In this document: in pieces, positions 61,901 through 64,000 of the stretch
How positions within the stretch are numbered: position 1 is the first letter of the stretch
Layout: every line of letters begins with the position of its first letter
Assembly: GCA_021432655.1 (NCBI GenBank)
Contig: MU271421.1
Coordinates: forward strand, 1 to 64,000
Reading direction: 5' to 3'
DNA: 64,000 nucleotides
From: Atractiella rhizophila
Taxonomy: Eukaryota
Program-made: the position numbers and the translations under genes
The notes under the pieces: generated by a model
The model's database searches: none
Told to the model about the DNA's origin: nothing
Seen by the model: only the letters and a program-made list of their open reading frames with translations

Positions 61901-64000
61901 ATGAGCAAGCAGATGATGATAGAGAATAAACGGACGAATAACGATTCCCTTGCTCTCTCAACTCGTGATGGTCAGTGAGAGAGAATGCCCCGAGCGCACC
62001 ACCGAAAATGATTCCAAAGACGGGATAGACCATGCCATTCGCTGCCACGCCAACCAGACCCAAGAGGTAATATCCTCGTGCCTCCCGGTTAACCTTTGCC
62101 ATCCTCCAAAAGATAGTGCGCAAAGAATTTTCGCGTTTAAAAATGCTCTTCTCATCCTCCTTCTCCCCCATCGAGCCAACCGTGGACTTTCGGGTCAGTT
62201 GTCGACTCAGTTTGCTCATCGAAATTTCCTCTTTGTCTTCCATATCCATCTCATCCTTCTCTTCGTCCCTAGGCAAAAGGGTCTTCTCCTCATCTCTCCC
62301 TTCCTCGAATTTCTGAGCTCTAACAAGTCCCGCGTAGGTCCCATTCAGATCCATGAGCTCGTTATGGGTTCCCCTTTCAACGATCTCGCCGTTAGCCATG
62401 CAGATGATCTGTTCTGCGTTACGAATGAAAGAATTTTCGCGTTTAAAAATGCTCTTCTCATCCTCCTTCTCCCCCATCGAGCCAACCGTGGACTTTCGGG
62501 TCAGTTGTCGACTCAGTTTGCTCATCGAAATTTCCTCTTTGTCCTCCATATCCATCTCGTCCTTCTCTTCGTCCCTAGGCAAAAGGGTCTTCTCCTCATC
62601 TCGCCCTTCCTCGAATTTCTGAGCTCTAACAAGTCCTGCGTAGGTCCCATTCAGATCCATGAGTTCGTTATGGGTTCCCCTTTCAACGATCTCGCCGTTA
62701 GCCATGCAGATGATCTGTTCTGCGTTACGGATGGTGGAAAGCCGATGTGCGATGGAGATAGTCGTCCTTCCCGCAGAAGCTTTATCTAGGGCATCTTGAA
62801 CGAGTACTTCGGAGTTGGAGTCGAGAGCGGACGTTGCCTGTTGCTCATCAGCTCACCAGTTCATCAAAACCACATGGAGGGACAAACTTCGTCAAGCAAC
62901 AAAATAGGTGGATTGGAAATGATAGCTCTCGCAATCGCGATCCTCTGCTTCTGTCCTCCCGAAAGCAGCATTCCTCTCTCTCCAATCTTCGTCTCATACC
63001 CCTCACTAAAACCCATCACGAAATCATGCGCATTTGCCTTCTTCGCGGCGTCAACAACCAACTCTCTGACCTTCTCCTCCTCCGCATTCTCCCACTCCGT
63101 CCCAACAAGTCCATACGCGATGTTCTCTTTTATTGATGCCTTGAACAACGTCGGTTCTTGTGCCACCAACCCGATTTGGGAGCGGAGCCATTTGACATTC
63201 AAGTCGTTGATGTCCACACCGTCCAAGCTGATCGAACCTGCTATTGGGTCGTAGAAGCGCTCCAGCAGACAAACGATCGTGCTCTTCCCACTCCCGCTGG
63301 CGCCGACCAAAGCCGTCGTCTTGCCTGGGGGGAAGATGGCAGATACGCTTTTCAGGACTTGCACTTTCGGACGGGCTGGATATCTAACCTCGCGCCGCCT
63401 GGTGAGATGCCCTGTCAAAAGGTGAAGGAGAGGACGAACATGAAATCCAGGTTTTGGATCTCGATCAGACCTGTTACTTTCTCTAATTTCTTCCCTGCTT
63501 CGGATGCAGAGTCGATAGGCGGTACACGGTCGATGGTCGCGAAGATCTATCGTCTAGTCATTAGGCATTCTTTACACGGTCGAGGGAATGGAAGGGTACA
63601 TACCTTCGCTCCGGCTGCTCGAGCTGTGGTGAACGCTTGCAGGTTCGGGGCAGCCTGAGAGAGCGCGAAGGAACCCATGATGATCTACTCCTTCAGATTC
63701 AGACATATGGCACCTTGTAGTGAGAGGGATGGACAGACAGAGAAAAAGACTGTGACGATCTCTCCTCCGTCCGTCGAACCATCGATGATCAACGTTGTCC
63801 CGTACTATCATCCACTCCACATCAGTTTTCTTCTTTTATCGATAGAGTGGACAGGACATACCCAAAAGGCGAGAGCATAAGCAGCATAAACGACAAAAAA
63901 CATTAATCCGAGTCCAGCCGCATGAAAGAAGCCTCCTCTAACACCCAACGCTCTCGCTCTCTCATTCGGGAGAGAGAAGAGGGTATCGGCGTTGCGGGCA
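59000..64000 (-). CDS. ABCB (MDR1/P-glycoprotein-type) full-length ABC transporter, 5'-partial; carries two internal duplications and a C-terminal frameshift as assembled
   Basis: NBD1 [31 protein letters not shown]2 [15 protein letters not shown]2 GQSGCGKST, LSGGQ, LLLDE, AHRLSTI. The natural C-terminus ELERKRDG* is at 59000. Confidence 0.9.
61213..61814 (+). repeat. Tandem duplication, 2 x 301 bp, inside the ABCB gene (copies appear identical)
   Basis: 61213-61513 repeats as 61514-61814. It spans an exon end, an intron, a small exon and part of the next intron. Confidence 0.95.
62122..62733 (+). repeat. Tandem duplication, 2 x 306 bp (102 codons, in frame), inside the ABCB gene
   Basis: 62122-62427 repeats as 62428-62733 with ~6 substitutions and no amino-acid change. 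Confidence 0.95.

Noticed and set aside
61950..63658. Plus-strand ORFs of 279, 152 and 166 aa
   Set aside because: These are antisense shadows of ABCB exons.
17178..64000. Secondary-metabolite or detoxification gene cluster (P450, GSTs, SDR, dioxygenase, MFS, ABCB)
   Set aside because: There is no backbone enzyme (PKS/NRPS/terpene synthase), and the genes are interspersed with housekeeping genes (CPY, PKA, Swi5).

Overview
Eukaryotic, intron-rich fungal genomic DNA. It looks basidiomycete: introns are mostly ~45-60 nt GT-AG, some are GC-AG, and several exons are micro-exons. A Pucciniomycotina-like lineage is a guess. The ORF track fragments most genes, so the models below were spliced by eye. 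Genes in order: Zn2Cys6 transcription factor (5'-partial), a hypothetical protein, an NmrA-like oxidoreductase plus a decayed copy, a SET-domain methyltransferase, La protein, HPC2/ubinuclein (with a 1.18-kb intron), cytochrome P450, carboxypeptidase Y, a Tyr/Gly-rich orphan, three tandem Ure2p-like GSTs (one a pseudogene), two identical F-box/LRR genes, a PKA catalytic subunit, a DUF202-like protein, an SDR, a divergent TauD-family dioxygenase / SOA1-like MFS pair, Swi5, a membrane protein and a 5'-partial ABCB/MDR transporter. Two things stand out. (1) A ~9.1-kb CACTA/EnSpm-like DNA transposon sits inside the GST array. It has imperfect TIRs, ~11-bp-phased GTGC subterminal arrays, an intact spliced tnp2-family transposase and an intact, divergently transcribed SAP-domain partner gene. 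(2) Five head-to-tail duplications lie within 25 kb. Where coding copies differ, the differences are mostly synonymous, which points to co-assembled or recombined divergent haplotypes rather than ordinary duplication.
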